From an uncultured Gemmatimonadales bacterium (lineage in GTDB: Bacteria; Gemmatimonadota; Gemmatimonadetes; Longimicrobiales; RSA9), in assembly GCA_963708135.1 (NCBI GenBank), contig OY970192.1, positions 3,360,001 to 3,424,000 on the forward strand: a stretch of DNA of 64,000 nt, written 5' to 3'. The translations under genes and the position numbers were made by a program. The notes under the pieces were generated by a model. That model saw nothing but the letters and a program-made list of their open reading frames with translations. It did no database searches and had not been told where the DNA came from. This document shows, piece by piece, positions 19,994 through 30,300 of the stretch (the stretch's first letter is position 1; each line of letters starts with the position of its first letter).

Positions 19994-21514
19994 ATGGCGC
20001 ATGCGAGCACCGAGCGCTTCACACGGAGCCGATCCGTGCAACGTCCCATCGCACCGTCCGCGCGGGCGCTGCACCCGGTCGGCGCACGCCGGATCCTCGC
20101 CGTCGGCGCACGCCGGCTGCCCGCGCTCGGCGCACGCCGGCTGGTTCCGCTCGGCGCACGGCGGCTCCTCGTCCGCGCACGCCGGCTGGTTCCGCTCGGC
20201 TCACGCCGGCTGCTCGCGCTCGGCGCAGCGCGGCTGGTTCCGGTCGCCGCACGGCGACTCCTCGCCCTGGGCGCGCGCCGGCTCCTCGCCCTCGACACAC
20301 GCCGGCTGCTCCTACTCGGCGCGCGGCGGCTGCTCCCGCTCGGCGCGCTCGGAATCCTCGCCGCCTGCTCGCTGCCGGCCAGTCGCGGCGGCGCGGTTCC
20401 GGCGGAATCCGCGGCCCGGCGGGCGCTGGCGGATGCGGACACGCTGCGCGTGCGCGATGTGGCACCGGGCGTCCGCTACGTCTACGCGTGGCGGTCCACC
20501 GGGCCGTGGGGCATCAACGTGCTGGAGGTGGACGGACGCGTCTGCGCGGCCGACTGGGAGGCCAGGAAGATGCCGGGGGTGGACTCGCGTGCCACCACCT
20601 CCTCCCTCGGCGCCGGCGATCTGGCCGCCGTCAACGGGGATTTCTTCGCGATCCCGGCGGGCACACCGGTGAACGCCTTCGTGCACGAGGGGCTGCCGTG
20701 GATCGGCCCGTCGTCGTGGCCGGCGTGGATCCTGACGGGAAGGCGCGCGACGATCGGGACGCCGGGCTTTCGCGGCGGAATCGTCGCCGGAGGCGACACG
20801 CTCCGCCTCAGCTCGCTCAACCGGGCACCTGTACGGACCACCGCCTACCACCCGGCTCCCGATGGGGCGACGCTGTTCACCACGCGCGTCGGGAAGGCGA
20901 CGCTCGGCGATTCCGCCGCCACGCTGCTGTGGCTGGACGACGCGGCCGGCGACGAGCGCGCCGGCGGCGGGCGGAGCGCCGCGACCGAGGCACTGCCGGC
21001 GGCCGAAGACACCGCGGCGCGGCGCGCGGACGTGCCCGCCGGCCGCGCCCTGCTCGTGCTGCGCGGCGGCTCCCGCGCGTGGGCGAAGCGGCATCGCCCG
21101 GGCGAGCGCGTACGCTGGTGGACCGCCGTGCTCTCTCCCGCCGGCGACGTCGCCCGGGAGGTGGTGGGCGGGTTCCCGGTGCTGCTCCGGAACGGCCAGC
21201 CCGTCGAGCACGGCGGCGAGGTGCGTCCATCCTTCGGCGAAACGAGGCATCCCCGCTCCGCCATCGGCTGGAGCGCGGACGGAACGCGGACGTTCCTCGT
21301 CGTCGTCGATGGCCGGCAGGAGTCCTACAGCGGCATGTCGCTTCCCGAGCTCGCCGCGCTGATGCGCGAGCTGGGCGCGGCCGAGGCACTGAACCTCGAC
21401 GGCGGCGGCTCCTCGGCCATGGTGGTGCGGGGCTCGGTCGTGAGCCACCCGTCCGACAGGGACGGCGAGCGGCCGGTGGGCGACGCCCTGGCGCTCGCCG
21501 GGTGCGCGCGCTGA
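19994..21514 (+). CDS. Phosphodiester glycosidase (NAGPA/DUF2233) family lipoprotein
   Basis: AAVNGDFF, RHPRSAIG, VVVDGRQ, ALNLDGGGS, ERPVGDAL; lipobox LAAC after a repeat tract; start uncertain. Confidence 0.85.
   Translation: MAHASTERFTRSRSVQRPIAPSARALHPVGARRILAVGARRLPALGARRLVPLGARRLLVRARRLVPLGSRRLLALGAARLVPVAARRLLALGARRLLALDTRRLLLLGARRLLPLGALGILAACSLPASRGGAVPAESAARRALADADTLRVRDVAPGVRYVYAWRSTGPWGINVLEVDGRVCAADWEARKMPGVDSRATTSSLGAGDLAAVNGDFFAIPAGTPVNAFVHEGLPWIGPSSWPAWILTGRRATIGTPGFRGGIVAGGDTLRLSSLNRAPVRTTAYHPAPDGATLFTTRVGKATLGDSAATLLWLDDAAGDERAGGGRSAATEALPAAEDTAARRADVPAGRALLVLRGGSRAWAKRHRPGERVRWWTAVLSPAGDVAREVVGGFPVLLRNGQPVEHGGEVRPSFGETRHPRSAIGWSADGTRTFLVVVDGRQESYSGMSLPELAALMRELGAAEALNLDGGGSSAMVVRGSVVSHPSDRDGERPVGDALALAGCAR
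20080..20348 (+). repeat. 24-bp coding tandem repeat (GARRLxxL, about 11 units)
   Basis: Degenerate ggcgcacgccggctg... units visible in DNA and protein. Confidence 0.9.
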
Positions 21515-21613
21515 GCCGCGGCCCGCCTCGCCGCGGAAGCCGCGTGGCGCCCGCCGCACCGAGCAACCCCGACTGGATGACCCGGAGCGACGCTGCCGTG
21601 GCGACTCTGCCAG

Positions 21614-22093
21614 CTACGGCAACAGTACCGTGCCCGCTGACACGGGATTCTTGGGCACGTCCAGGAATGTGGGCTCCACCTCGATGGCATACTCGCCCGA
21701 CTTGATCGTGTCGCCGAGAATCATCTGCAGCGGAACTGTCGCAGTAAATGCGCTCGACTGCTTCGGCTCGAGCCTCTCCGATTTCAATCCTGCGCCGCAC
21801 ACCGCATTAGCGTACGCAACTCCAGCATCCCAAACGAGACCAGCGCCGCCTTCCGGCGTCTCGTATATTCGCACAAGCACGGGATCCGTCGGGCAGAGGC
21901 CAAACTCGAGGCTGACGGTGGAGCCGCCCAGGTTCGTCGCAGTCAACGTCGCTCGAAGGGCAGGCGGGGGTCCCGGCACCACCACTGCATGCGCGGAAAA
22001 ACTCACGCTATCCAAACCGCTCACCTCCGTGCCCCTCGAGCACGCCGTGAAGGCAGCCAGCAGCACGGCCGTCAGGCGAAACGCGGCACGCAT
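21614..22093 (-). CDS. Hypothetical lipoprotein
   Basis: MRAAFRLTAVLLAAFTAC lipobox; GGAGG RBS; lower GC. Confidence 0.65.
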   Translation of the reverse strand: MRAAFRLTAVLLAAFTACSRGTEVSGLDSVSFSAHAVVVPGPPPALRATLTATNLGGSTVSLEFGLCPTDPVLVRIYETPEGGAGLVWDAGVAYANAVCGAGLKSERLEPKQSSAFTATVPLQMILGDTIKSGEYAIEVEPTFLDVPKNPVSAGTVLLP

Positions 22094-22377
22094 AGTGCCC
22101 CCTCCGACTATCAGTAATCCTGCATGGTGACATCGGTTCGGCCGCTCCATCTGAAAACGGCCGAACCGCTGTACTCCAGCGCCAACCCCTGCTTGGACCT
22201 CATCATAGCAGAGGAGCCTGCCCCGGCGGCCCGGACGCGTCGAGAGGTCCGCCGTCCACGCCTGCGCGTCCCTGGCGGTGATGCTCGAAGGGTCCCTCCT
22301 CGTGCCGAAGAACGCCACCGCCGGGTTACCTTACACGGAACGTTACAACGCCCAAACCGCGTCTGCCGGAAATACGA

Positions 22378-22408
22378 AATCCCTACCAGGCAAGTCCTGG
22401 TAGGGATT
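22378..22408 (-). terminator. Hairpin downstream of tRNA-Arg(CCG), probable intrinsic terminator
   Basis: AATCCCTACCAGG-caagt-CCTGGTAGGGATT perfect 13-bp stem followed by T-rich sequence on the minus strand. Confidence 0.75.
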
Positions 22409-22419
22409 CCGTTTACACA

Positions 22420-22493
22420 TGCGCCCGACAGGATTCGAACCTGTGACCTCGTGCTCCGGAGGCACGCGCTCTATCCAACTGAGCTACGGGCGC
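22420..22493 (-). tRNA. tRNA-Arg (CCG), CCA not encoded
   Basis: GCGCCCG acceptor stem, TAGCTCAGTTGGATAGAGC D-arm, CGTGC-CTCCGGA-GCACG anticodon arm, GGTTCGAATCC. Confidence 0.97.
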
Positions 22494-22505
22494 GAACAAA
22501 GGGGC

Positions 22506-22911
22506 GGACGGGAAGCGCGATAAGCCGAGTCCTGTCGCCGGCGCCGTCGCCTGAAGGCGAGCCGCCGGGGCGGATCATTTCTCTGGGACGGCGGTTGCCC
22601 GCCGCCTCGAGCGGCCTACCCGGGACTTCCAGCAGCCTTTCGGCTGCGACGGCGCGGGCCGCGCCTCATCCCTGCTTGGCCTTGCTCCGGGTGGGGTTTG
22701 CCGTGCCGCCTCCGTCGCCGGAGACGCGGTGGGCTCTTACCCCACCGTTTCACCCTTGCCTGTGCCCCCGAGGGGGCCATCGGCGGTCTGTTCTCTGTGG
22801 CACTTTCCGTCGTGTCGCCACGCCCGGCCGTTAGCCGGCACCCTGCCCTGCGGAGCTCGGACTTTCCTCGACCGCCGCATCGGCGGCCGCGATCCGCTGC
22901 GCTTCCCGTCC
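22506..22911 (-). ncRNA. rnpB: RNase P RNA, bacterial class A
   Basis: GAGGAAAGTCCGAGCTC, GGAAAGTGCCACAGA, GGGTGAAACGG..GGTAAGAGCCCACC, GGCAAACCCCACCCGGAGCAAG, ACAGGACTCGGCTTA; 13-bp P1 helix joins the ends. Confidence 0.97.
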
Positions 22912-22924
22912 TGTCAAACAGCAG

Positions 22925-22998
22925 CGCGCCCGAGAGGACTCGAACCTCTAACCTTCTGATCCGTAGTCAGATGCTCTATCCAATTGAGCTACGGGCGC
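22925..22998 (-). tRNA. tRNA-Arg (ACG), CCA not encoded
   Basis: GCGCCCG acceptor stem, TCTGA-CTACGGA-TCAGA anticodon arm, GGTTCGAGTCC. Confidence 0.97.
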
Positions 22999-23135
22999 TT
23001 GTGTGGAGCGGGCGACGCCCCCCGCCTCCGGACCCCCCGCCCCCCCGCCCCCCTTAGACGCGAAACCCCGCGGTCCGGCGTCCATGCTGCTCGACGCTCC
23101 GCGAGGCTGCGGGGGTTGCTCGTTCCAACCGTGAA

Positions 23136-23164
23136 AAGTTATCCGGGGAGAGGGGCCATGTCAA
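23136..23164 (-). promoter_or_regulatory. Sigma70-type promoter for the tRNA-rnpB-tRNA unit
   Basis: TTGACA-17 bp-TAACTT on the minus strand. Confidence 0.75.
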
Positions 23165-23468
23165 GGTGCGGACGCCCTCGACAGGGAGTGGGTGAACCGC
23201 CGGGCGGACGCACGTTTCCGGGCCGCGGAAACATCCCCGCGACCGCCATCCGGGCGGGGGACCGGGCGACGTGCCGGGCCACGAGCGCCTCCGAGCCAGG
23301 CGCCCCTCGCGGCTACCGCCGCCCTCTGTAGAACGTCGGGAGGCGCGGCGGGAGGCGCGGCGGCCGCGAGCGCTCCAGGCCGATGCACGCGCGGCCACCG
23401 CAATCGTCGCCCGGTCCCCCACTCCCCCACTCCTCCACTCTGGTGGGGAGATGGAGCGGCGGCGACGC

Positions 23469-23900
23469 CTACGGCTCCGGCTCGGAGATCTCCTCCACGA
23501 GCTCGCCGACATCACTGCCGCCGTCGCGCTCGAGGGCCACGTCGGCCTGGGCGATCATGCCGACCAGGCGGTCGCCGTCCTCGACCACGGGGACGCGGCG
23601 CACCCTGTCGCGCTCCATGGAGCGCAGGACCTCGGAGAGGTCGGCGTCCGGCCGAACGCAGGTCAGCCGCTCGGTCGTCATGTGGTCACCCACACGGCAG
23701 TCGTCCGTGTGCCGCTCCGCCGTGTGCCGGATCGCCAGGTCGCGGTCGGTGATGATGCCCCGCAGGTGCATCCCGGTCCGGTCGTCGACCACCGGGATGG
23801 CGCCGCAGTCGTTCTCGCGCATGAGCTGCGCGGCTCGGCTGACGGTATCGTCCGGGGTGAGGCATGCCGGGTCGCCGGTCATGATCTCGCGCGCCTTCAT
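23469..23900 (-). CDS. CBS domain-containing protein
   Basis: MKAREIMT, GAIPVVD, GIITDRDL, VRRVPVV, GMIAQAD; AGGAG RBS. Confidence 0.92.
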   Translation of the reverse strand: MKAREIMTGDPACLTPDDTVSRAAQLMRENDCGAIPVVDDRTGMHLRGIITDRDLAIRHTAERHTDDCRVGDHMTTERLTCVRPDADLSEVLRSMERDRVRRVPVVEDGDRLVGMIAQADVALERDGGSDVGELVEEISEPEP

Positions 23901-24007
23901 GGGCTGGCTCCTTCCGTTCTGTGAGGCGGATCCGTCCGGGCGGGCACCGGCGCCCACCCGTGCCATGAAGCGTGCAACTCGTGTGCCTGCAATCAATTAG
24001 CAGCCCA

Positions 24008-24193
24008 TCATCCGACGAGCTGATCCGGCGGCGTGGGCAGCTGCGTCGCGGGGTCCTTGCAGTCGACCTCGGCGCCCGCCGGGTGATAGCGCAGGCACTC
24101 GGGGCAGGGCTCCCACTCCTCGCCCTGCTCCACGGCCCGCTTCGCGATCCGCCTCCAGCGCTTCTCGGATTCCGTCAGTGTGGTCAGTCCCAT
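24008..24193 (-). CDS. Small hypothetical protein (61 aa) with CPECxxYH...C motif
   Basis: ATG 24193 with AAAGGAAGG RBS; GC3-rich codons. Confidence 0.7.
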   Translation of the reverse strand: MGLTTLTESEKRWRRIAKRAVEQGEEWEPCPECLRYHPAGAEVDCKDPATQLPTPPDQLVG

Positions 24194-24264
24194 GGGCCTT
24201 CCTTTCGTCGGCTCGAGGATGGCTTGACTACTTGTGTATGCCTCGGGCGGCGGATGGGTCCCCG

Positions 24265-24320
24265 GGGTACGGGTACGGATTCGGGTGCGGGTGCGGGTGC
24301 GGGTGCGGGGCCGGGTTCGG
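24265..24320. repeat. (GGGTRC)n hexamer tract
   Basis: Visible tandem units. Confidence 0.85.
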
Positions 24321-24359
24321 GATGCGGCGGGCAGTGGCGCGGCGCAACGAGCGAAAACG

Positions 24360-24530
24360 GGGAATGGAGCCCGCCGCCGGCGCCGGAATCGCGATTCTGC
24401 TCGGTATCCGAGAGGAAACGCGCAGCGGCCGCGCCGGCGACGTCGCCGGATCCCACTTCTGCTCGGTATCCGAGACGAATCGGCGGACGGACGGCCCGCG
24501 CGACCTCGGCTGCGCGATTCTGCTCGCCTT
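24360..24530. repeat. Degenerate 61-62-bp-period repeat element, copy A
   Basis: TTCTGCTCGGTATCCGAGA at 24395 and 24457, TTCTGCTCG at 24518. Confidence 0.8.
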
Positions 24531-24615
24531 CCGCCGAACACCCAGCCCGCCCTCACCGCACCCCCCAATCCCGCGCCGCGCATCCCGAGCGCCTCGCGCC
24601 TACCGCCCGGAGCGT

Positions 24616-25797
24616 CTAGAACGCCGAAAACCCGGTCAGGTCCTGCCCCAGCACGAGGGTGTGGATGTCGTGCGTGCCCTCGTAGGTGTAGACGGACTCG
24701 AGGTTGGCCATGTGGCGCATGGCGGAGTACTCGACGAGGATGCCGTTGGCGCCGAGCAGGCGGCGGGCCTCGCGGGCGACGTCGCAGGCCATGTCGCAGT
24801 TGGCGCGCTTGGCGAGGGAGACCTGCTGGGGGCGCATGGTGCCGCGGTCCTTGAGGCGCCCGAGCTGGAGGCAGAGGAGCTGGGCCTGCGTGATGCCGGT
24901 GAGCATCTCGGCCAGGCGCGCCTGCTGGAGCTGCTTGGCGCCGATCGGCGTGCCGAACATGACGCGCTCCTTCGCGTAGCGGACCGCCTCGTCGAGGCAG
25001 CCCATGGCGGCGCCGACGACGCCGAAGGCGATGCCGTAGCGCGCCTGCGTCAGGCACATGAGCGGGCTCTTGAGGCCGCCGGAGGAGGGCAGCAGCGCGT
25101 CGGGGCCGACGCGCACGTCCTGGAGCGCGAGCTCGCTCGTGTCGGAGGCCAGGAGCGAGAGCTTGCCCTTCTGGTCGCGGGCCTCGAAGCCGGGGGTGTC
25201 GGTCGGCACGATGAAGCCGCGGATGGAGGCCTGGTCGTCCAGCTCCCCGGTCTTGGCCCAGACGATGGCGATGTCGGCCATGGAGCCGTTGGTGATCCAC
25301 ATCTTGGCGCCGTTCAGCACCCAGCCCTCGCCGTCCTTCCGGGCGGTGGTGATCATCCCGGCCGGGTTGGAGCCGAAGTCCGGCTCCGTCAGCCCGAAGC
25401 AGCCGATCACCCTGCCCGCGGCCATGTCGGGCAGGTAGGCGCGCTTCTGCTCCTCGCTGCCAAAGGCGTGGATCGGGTACATGCACAGCGCGCCCTGCAC
25501 GGAGGCGAAGGAGCGGAGCCCGGAGTCGCCGCGCTCGAGCTCCTGCATGATGAGCCCGTAGGCGACGTTGTTCAGCCCCGCGCACCCGTACTCCTCGGGC
25601 AGGTTCGCGCCGAGCAGCCCCAGCTCGCCCATCTGCGGGATGAGCTCGGTGGGGAAGTGCCGGCCGATGTAGGCCTCCTCGATGACCGGCAGCACCTGCT
25701 CGTCCACCCAGGTCCGCACCGTGTCGCGCACCATGCGCTCCTCCTCGGAGAGGAGCGAGTCGAGATCGAAGTAGTCGATTCCGCTGAAGGCAGCCAT
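24616..25797 (-). CDS. Acyl-CoA dehydrogenase, glutaryl-CoA dehydrogenase-like
   Basis: ELERGDSGLRS, GCFGLTEPDFGS, GAKMWITNG, YTYEGTHDIH. Confidence 0.93.
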   Translation of the reverse strand: MAAFSGIDYFDLDSLLSEEERMVRDTVRTWVDEQVLPVIEEAYIGRHFPTELIPQMGELGLLGANLPEEYGCAGLNNVAYGLIMQELERGDSGLRSFASVQGALCMYPIHAFGSEEQKRAYLPDMAAGRVIGCFGLTEPDFGSNPAGMITTARKDGEGWVLNGAKMWITNGSMADIAIVWAKTGELDDQASIRGFIVPTDTPGFEARDQKGKLSLLASDTSELALQDVRVGPDALLPSSGGLKSPLMCLTQARYGIAFGVVGAAMGCLDEAVRYAKERVMFGTPIGAKQLQQARLAEMLTGITQAQLLCLQLGRLKDRGTMRPQQVSLAKRANCDMACDVAREARRLLGANGILVEYSAMRHMANLESVYTYEGTHDIHTLVLGQDLTGFSAF

Positions 25798-26016
25798 GTG
25801 AGCACCGCTGATCCGGTTGAGGTCGTTTCGAGGCCCCAAGTTAGCACCGCGCTCCGGGCCCCGCGAGGGGCGCTCCCCCTCCCGACGCACGGCCCCCGCC
25901 CGTGGTCCGGCGCGCCGGGATCGGACCGGGCTGTGGCGGGCCGCGCCCAATTGTCCGGGCACGGCGCCCCGGCTATCTTGCTGCCATCCACCCACCCTCA
26001 AAGCGTTGGAGTGACG

Positions 26017-26913
26017 ATGCCGAGGAACGCTCTCCCCCCCCGGATCCTGGTGCTGGCCGCGCTGCTGCTCTCGGCGGCGGCGTGCGAGTCGGCGAAGACG
26101 AAGCAGCAGATCGCGGATCTGCAGGCCGCCGCGTCCCAGACGGACAGCCTCATGTCGGAGGTGGCGACGAACGCGCGCATGATGAGCGAGATCGGCGCGG
26201 AGGTCGCGCGAGTGCAGGGGGCCCCGCTCGCGGGGCAGAGTGGCGAGCGGATCGCGACCCCGGCCAATCCAGACACGATCCTGGCGGGGATCCGTGTGCT
26301 GAGCGCGCGGCTGGACAGCACGCAGGCGGCGCTCACGCGCAGCGAGGCGCGGGCGAAGAAGCTGAGCGGACAGGAGGGCTCGCTGCGCCACTCGCTCGCC
26401 GATCTGCGCGCGGCCGTGACGAACCAGAAGGCGACGATCGCGGCGCTGACGGAGCAGATCGCGAGCCTGCAGCAGGAGAACACCCGCCTTTCGGGCGAGA
26501 ACACGAAGCTGGCGAGCACGAACCAGCAGCTCGGCGACACGGTCCAGGCGCTGTCGAAGCGGGCTGCAACCGTCTACTACGTGGTCGGCACGAAGGAGGA
26601 CCTGCTCCAGCACGGCATCGTGAAGGAGACCGGCGGCAGCCGCGTGCTCTTCATCTTCGGCAAGCGCGGCAAGGTGCTCGTCCCCGCAAGCGACATGGAC
26701 CCGAACTACTTCACGCCGGTCGACATGCGGACCACCATGGACATCCAGCTGCCGGACTCGACCCGCGCCTACAAGATCGTCACTCCGCAGGACCAGTCGG
26801 CGCTCTCGAACACGCCCGACGACAAGGGACGGTTCCACGGCGACGCCCTGCACATCACCGATGCGCAGCGCTTCTGGGCGAAGGGCCGCTACCTGATCCT
26901 GGTCGAGTCCTGA
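26017..26913 (+). CDS. Coiled-coil lipoprotein (Cbp1-like adhesin family, tentative)
   Basis: Lipobox SAAAC, long heptad region, then TVYYVVGTKEDL C-terminal domain. Confidence 0.7.
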   Translation: MPRNALPPRILVLAALLLSAAACESAKTKQQIADLQAAASQTDSLMSEVATNARMMSEIGAEVARVQGAPLAGQSGERIATPANPDTILAGIRVLSARLDSTQAALTRSEARAKKLSGQEGSLRHSLADLRAAVTNQKATIAALTEQIASLQQENTRLSGENTKLASTNQQLGDTVQALSKRAATVYYVVGTKEDLLQHGIVKETGGSRVLFIFGKRGKVLVPASDMDPNYFTPVDMRTTMDIQLPDSTRAYKIVTPQDQSALSNTPDDKGRFHGDALHITDAQRFWAKGRYLILVES

Positions 26914-27009
26914 CGCCACGGACGAGAGCCCGGCCGGCGCCGCACCGTCGTTCGGATTCGCGGCACACCGCCGGGTGAGCTCCGGCGTCCAGCTGCGGCC
27001 TGACGGTCG

Positions 27010-27180
27010 CGCGAGCAAAATCGCGCACTCGACGCATCCCGATCCGGCGGGATCCCGATCTGTCTCGGAAAGCGAGCAGGATCGGGGTCCCGTCGGGGCT
27101 CCGCCGCGCCCACTACGCCGTTCGTCTCGGATTCCGATCAAATTCGGGATCCCGTTGCCCGCGGCGGCCTCCATTCCTCG
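27010..27180. repeat. Degenerate 61-62-bp-period repeat element, copy B (inverted relative to A)
   Basis: GAGCAAAATC (27013), GAGCAGGATC (27074), GATCAAATTC (27136); aligns by eye with the reverse complement of 24360-24530. Confidence 0.7.
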
Positions 27181-27346
27181 ATCCTGCTCGCGTTCTCACG
27201 CTCCGGCCAGCCACGTCCGCCCGGAGCCGGCGTTGGTGGCCACACGCCCGTCGCCGGTTGCGCGGCGACGAGCCTCCGCCACATCATGGTCCGCACCTGC
27301 CCATCCGCAGCACGCACGACTGCAACCCGCACGCACGGAGGCCGAC

Positions 27347-30300
27347 TTGGTCCCGACCCGCCGCCGGCGAGCGGCGCCGCACGCCCTCGCCTCGACGCCC
27401 GCCGTTCGCCCGCCGTCCACGATCCGCCCGCTCGCGCCGGCCGCCCCGGTCCTCGCGCTGGCCCTCGGCCTCCTGCTCCTGCCCGCGGGCGCCCGCGCGC
27501 AGCGCCGCGGCGAGGGGCCGGATTCGACCAGCCGGCCGCTGCGCTTCGAGTTCCTTGGACCCGCGGCGGGCGGCCGCATCGCATCCGTGGCGGGGGTGCC
27601 CGGCGACCCGGACACCTACTACGCCGGCGCCGCATCGGGGGGTGTGTGGAAGACGACGGACGGCGGCCGCACGTTCGCGGCGATCTTCGACGAGGAGCCC
27701 GTCCAGGCGATCGGCGCGCTGGCGGTGGCGCCGTCGGCGCCCGCCATCGTGTGGGCGGGGACGGGGGAGGCGTGGACGATCCGGGATGCGGACGTGACGG
27801 GGGACGGCGTCTACAAGTCGGTCGATGGCGGGAGGACCTGGACCCACATGGGGCTGGAGAACGCCGGCCGCATCGGGCGGATCGTGGTGCATCCGTGGGA
27901 TCCGGACATCGTCTACGTCTGCGCGCTCGGCCGCACGACGGCGCCGCAGCAGGAGCGCGGCGTGTACCGCACGACCGATGGCGGCAGGAGCTGGCAGCGG
28001 GTGCTGTTCGTGGACGCCAATACGGGCTGCTCGGGGCTGGCCATGGAGCCGAACGACCCGCAGGTGCTCTACGCCGGCACCTGGCAGATCTCGATGCGGC
28101 CGTGGGCCGAGAAGAGCGGCGGGGCAGGCAGCGGCGTGTGGATGTCGCGCGACGGCGGCACCACCTGGAAGCGGCTCGCGGACGGGCTGCCGCACTCCCC
28201 CGTCGGCAAGGTGGACGTGGCCGTGGCGCGCTCGGACGCGAACCGCGTCTACGCCCTCATCGAGACGCCGGACCAGGGCTCGGTGTGGCGCTCGGATGAC
28301 GCGGGCGCGCACTGGAAGGTGGTGAGCTGGGACCGCACGCTGATCGGCCGGGCGGGCTACTACGTGCGGCTGGCGGTCTCGCCCACGGACGCGGACGAGC
28401 TCATCGTCGCCTCGAGCTCGCTGCACCGCTCGACCGATGGCGGCGAGACCTTCACCACCATCCGCGGCGGCTGCGGCGACTGCCACGACGTCTGGTGGGA
28501 CTCCGACAACCCGGACCACTTCGCCGTCACGGGCGACGGCGGCATGGGCATCACCACGAGCCACGGCCGGCGCTTCACCAGCGCCGCGCTGCCGATCGCG
28601 CAGATGTACCACGTGGCCGTGGACGACCGCCGCCCGTACTGGGTCTACGGCAACCGCCAGGACAATGGCACCATGCGCGGACCGAGCGACTCGCCCGAGC
28701 TGCCCGACAACGTCCCCGCGCTGAACCCGCGGCGGCGCTTCGGCAACTTGGGCGGCGGCGGCCAGAGCGACTGGCAGCACGGGCTCGGCGGCTGCGAGTC
28801 GGGCTTCACGCTGCCGGAGCCGGGCGACCCCGACATCGTCTGGGCCACCTGCTACGGCGACGAGGTCAGCCGCTGGGACGCGAAGACGCGTCTTGCCCGC
28901 TCCGTCAGCCCGTGGATGCACACCCTCGACTCGCCGCCCGACGCGCTGAAGTACCGCTGCCACTGGACGCCGCCACTGGCCATCGACCCCTTCGACCCCG
29001 GCACCGTCTACTACGGCTGCCAGGTCGTCTTCCGCACGACGGATGGCGGGCAGAGCTGGAGCGTGATCAGCCCCGACCTCTCCACGAAGGACTCGAGCCG
29101 CATCGTCTCCTCGGGCGGCCTGATCGGCGACAACCTGGGCCAGTTCTACGGCGAGGTGGTGTTCGCGATCGCGCCGTCGCCGGTGCGGAAGGGGCTCATC
29201 TGGGCCGGCACCAACGACGGCCAGGTCTGGTACACGGCCGACGCCGGGGGGCACTGGACCAATGTGACCGCCGGCCTCGAGGGCCTGCCGCCGTGGGGCA
29301 CCGTGCGCCGCATCGAGCCCTCGCCCTTCGATTCGGCCACCGCATACGTGGCCGTCGACCGGCACCTGATGGATGACCCCACGCCGTACATCTACAGGAC
29401 CACGGACCTCGGGAAGACGTGGACCCGCATCAGCGGCGGGCTGCCCGCGGACCACCCGCTCTCGTACGTGATGACCGTGGCGGAGGACCCGAACCGGCAG
29501 GGGCTGCTCTTCGCCGGCACCGGGCACGGCTTCTTCTACTCGCGCGACGACGGCGGCCACTGGACCGCGCTCCAGGACGGGCTGCCGGCGGCGCCGGTCA
29601 CGTGGATCGCGGTCGCGAAGCCGGCGCACGACGTCGTCGCCTCGACCTACGGCCGCGGGATCTACGTGCTGCGCGACGTCACGCCGCTCGAGCAGGGCGA
29701 CGTCTCCGCCCCGATCGCGGCCGCCCGCCTCTTCGCGCCCGCGCCCGCGCTGCGCCAGGCCCGCGACGGCAAGGCGTACGTCGATTTCGCCCTGCCGGCC
29801 GCGCCCGCCGCCCCCGTGAAGGTCGAGGTGCTGGACGCCGGCGGCACCCCGGTCCGGACCATGCCGCTCGTGGCCCACGACGGCCTCAACCGCGCCACCT
29901 GGGACCTCCGCTACGACCCGCCCCGGCAGGTCGAGATGCGCACGCCCGCGCCCGACAACCCGCACGTCTTCGACGAGCCCCGCTTCAAGGGGAAGGCGAC
30001 CCGGCCCGTCACCCACTGGGGCATCGAGGGCCCGCAGCGCACCGGCCCGATCGCCCCGCCGGGGCGCTACACCGTGCGGCTCACCACCCCGGGCGGCACG
30101 CTGACCGAGCCGCTCGAGGTCGTGAAGGCGCCCGCGATCGCCGCATCCGCGGAGGACCTGGCCGCCTCGACCGCCGCGCAGCTCCGCATCCGCAACGCCA
30201 TCGACACCGTGGCCGACATGGCCAACACGCTCGAGATCGTGCGCCGCCACATCCTGGACGCGCGCTCCCGCCACCGCAACGACACCGCTACCGACAGCGC

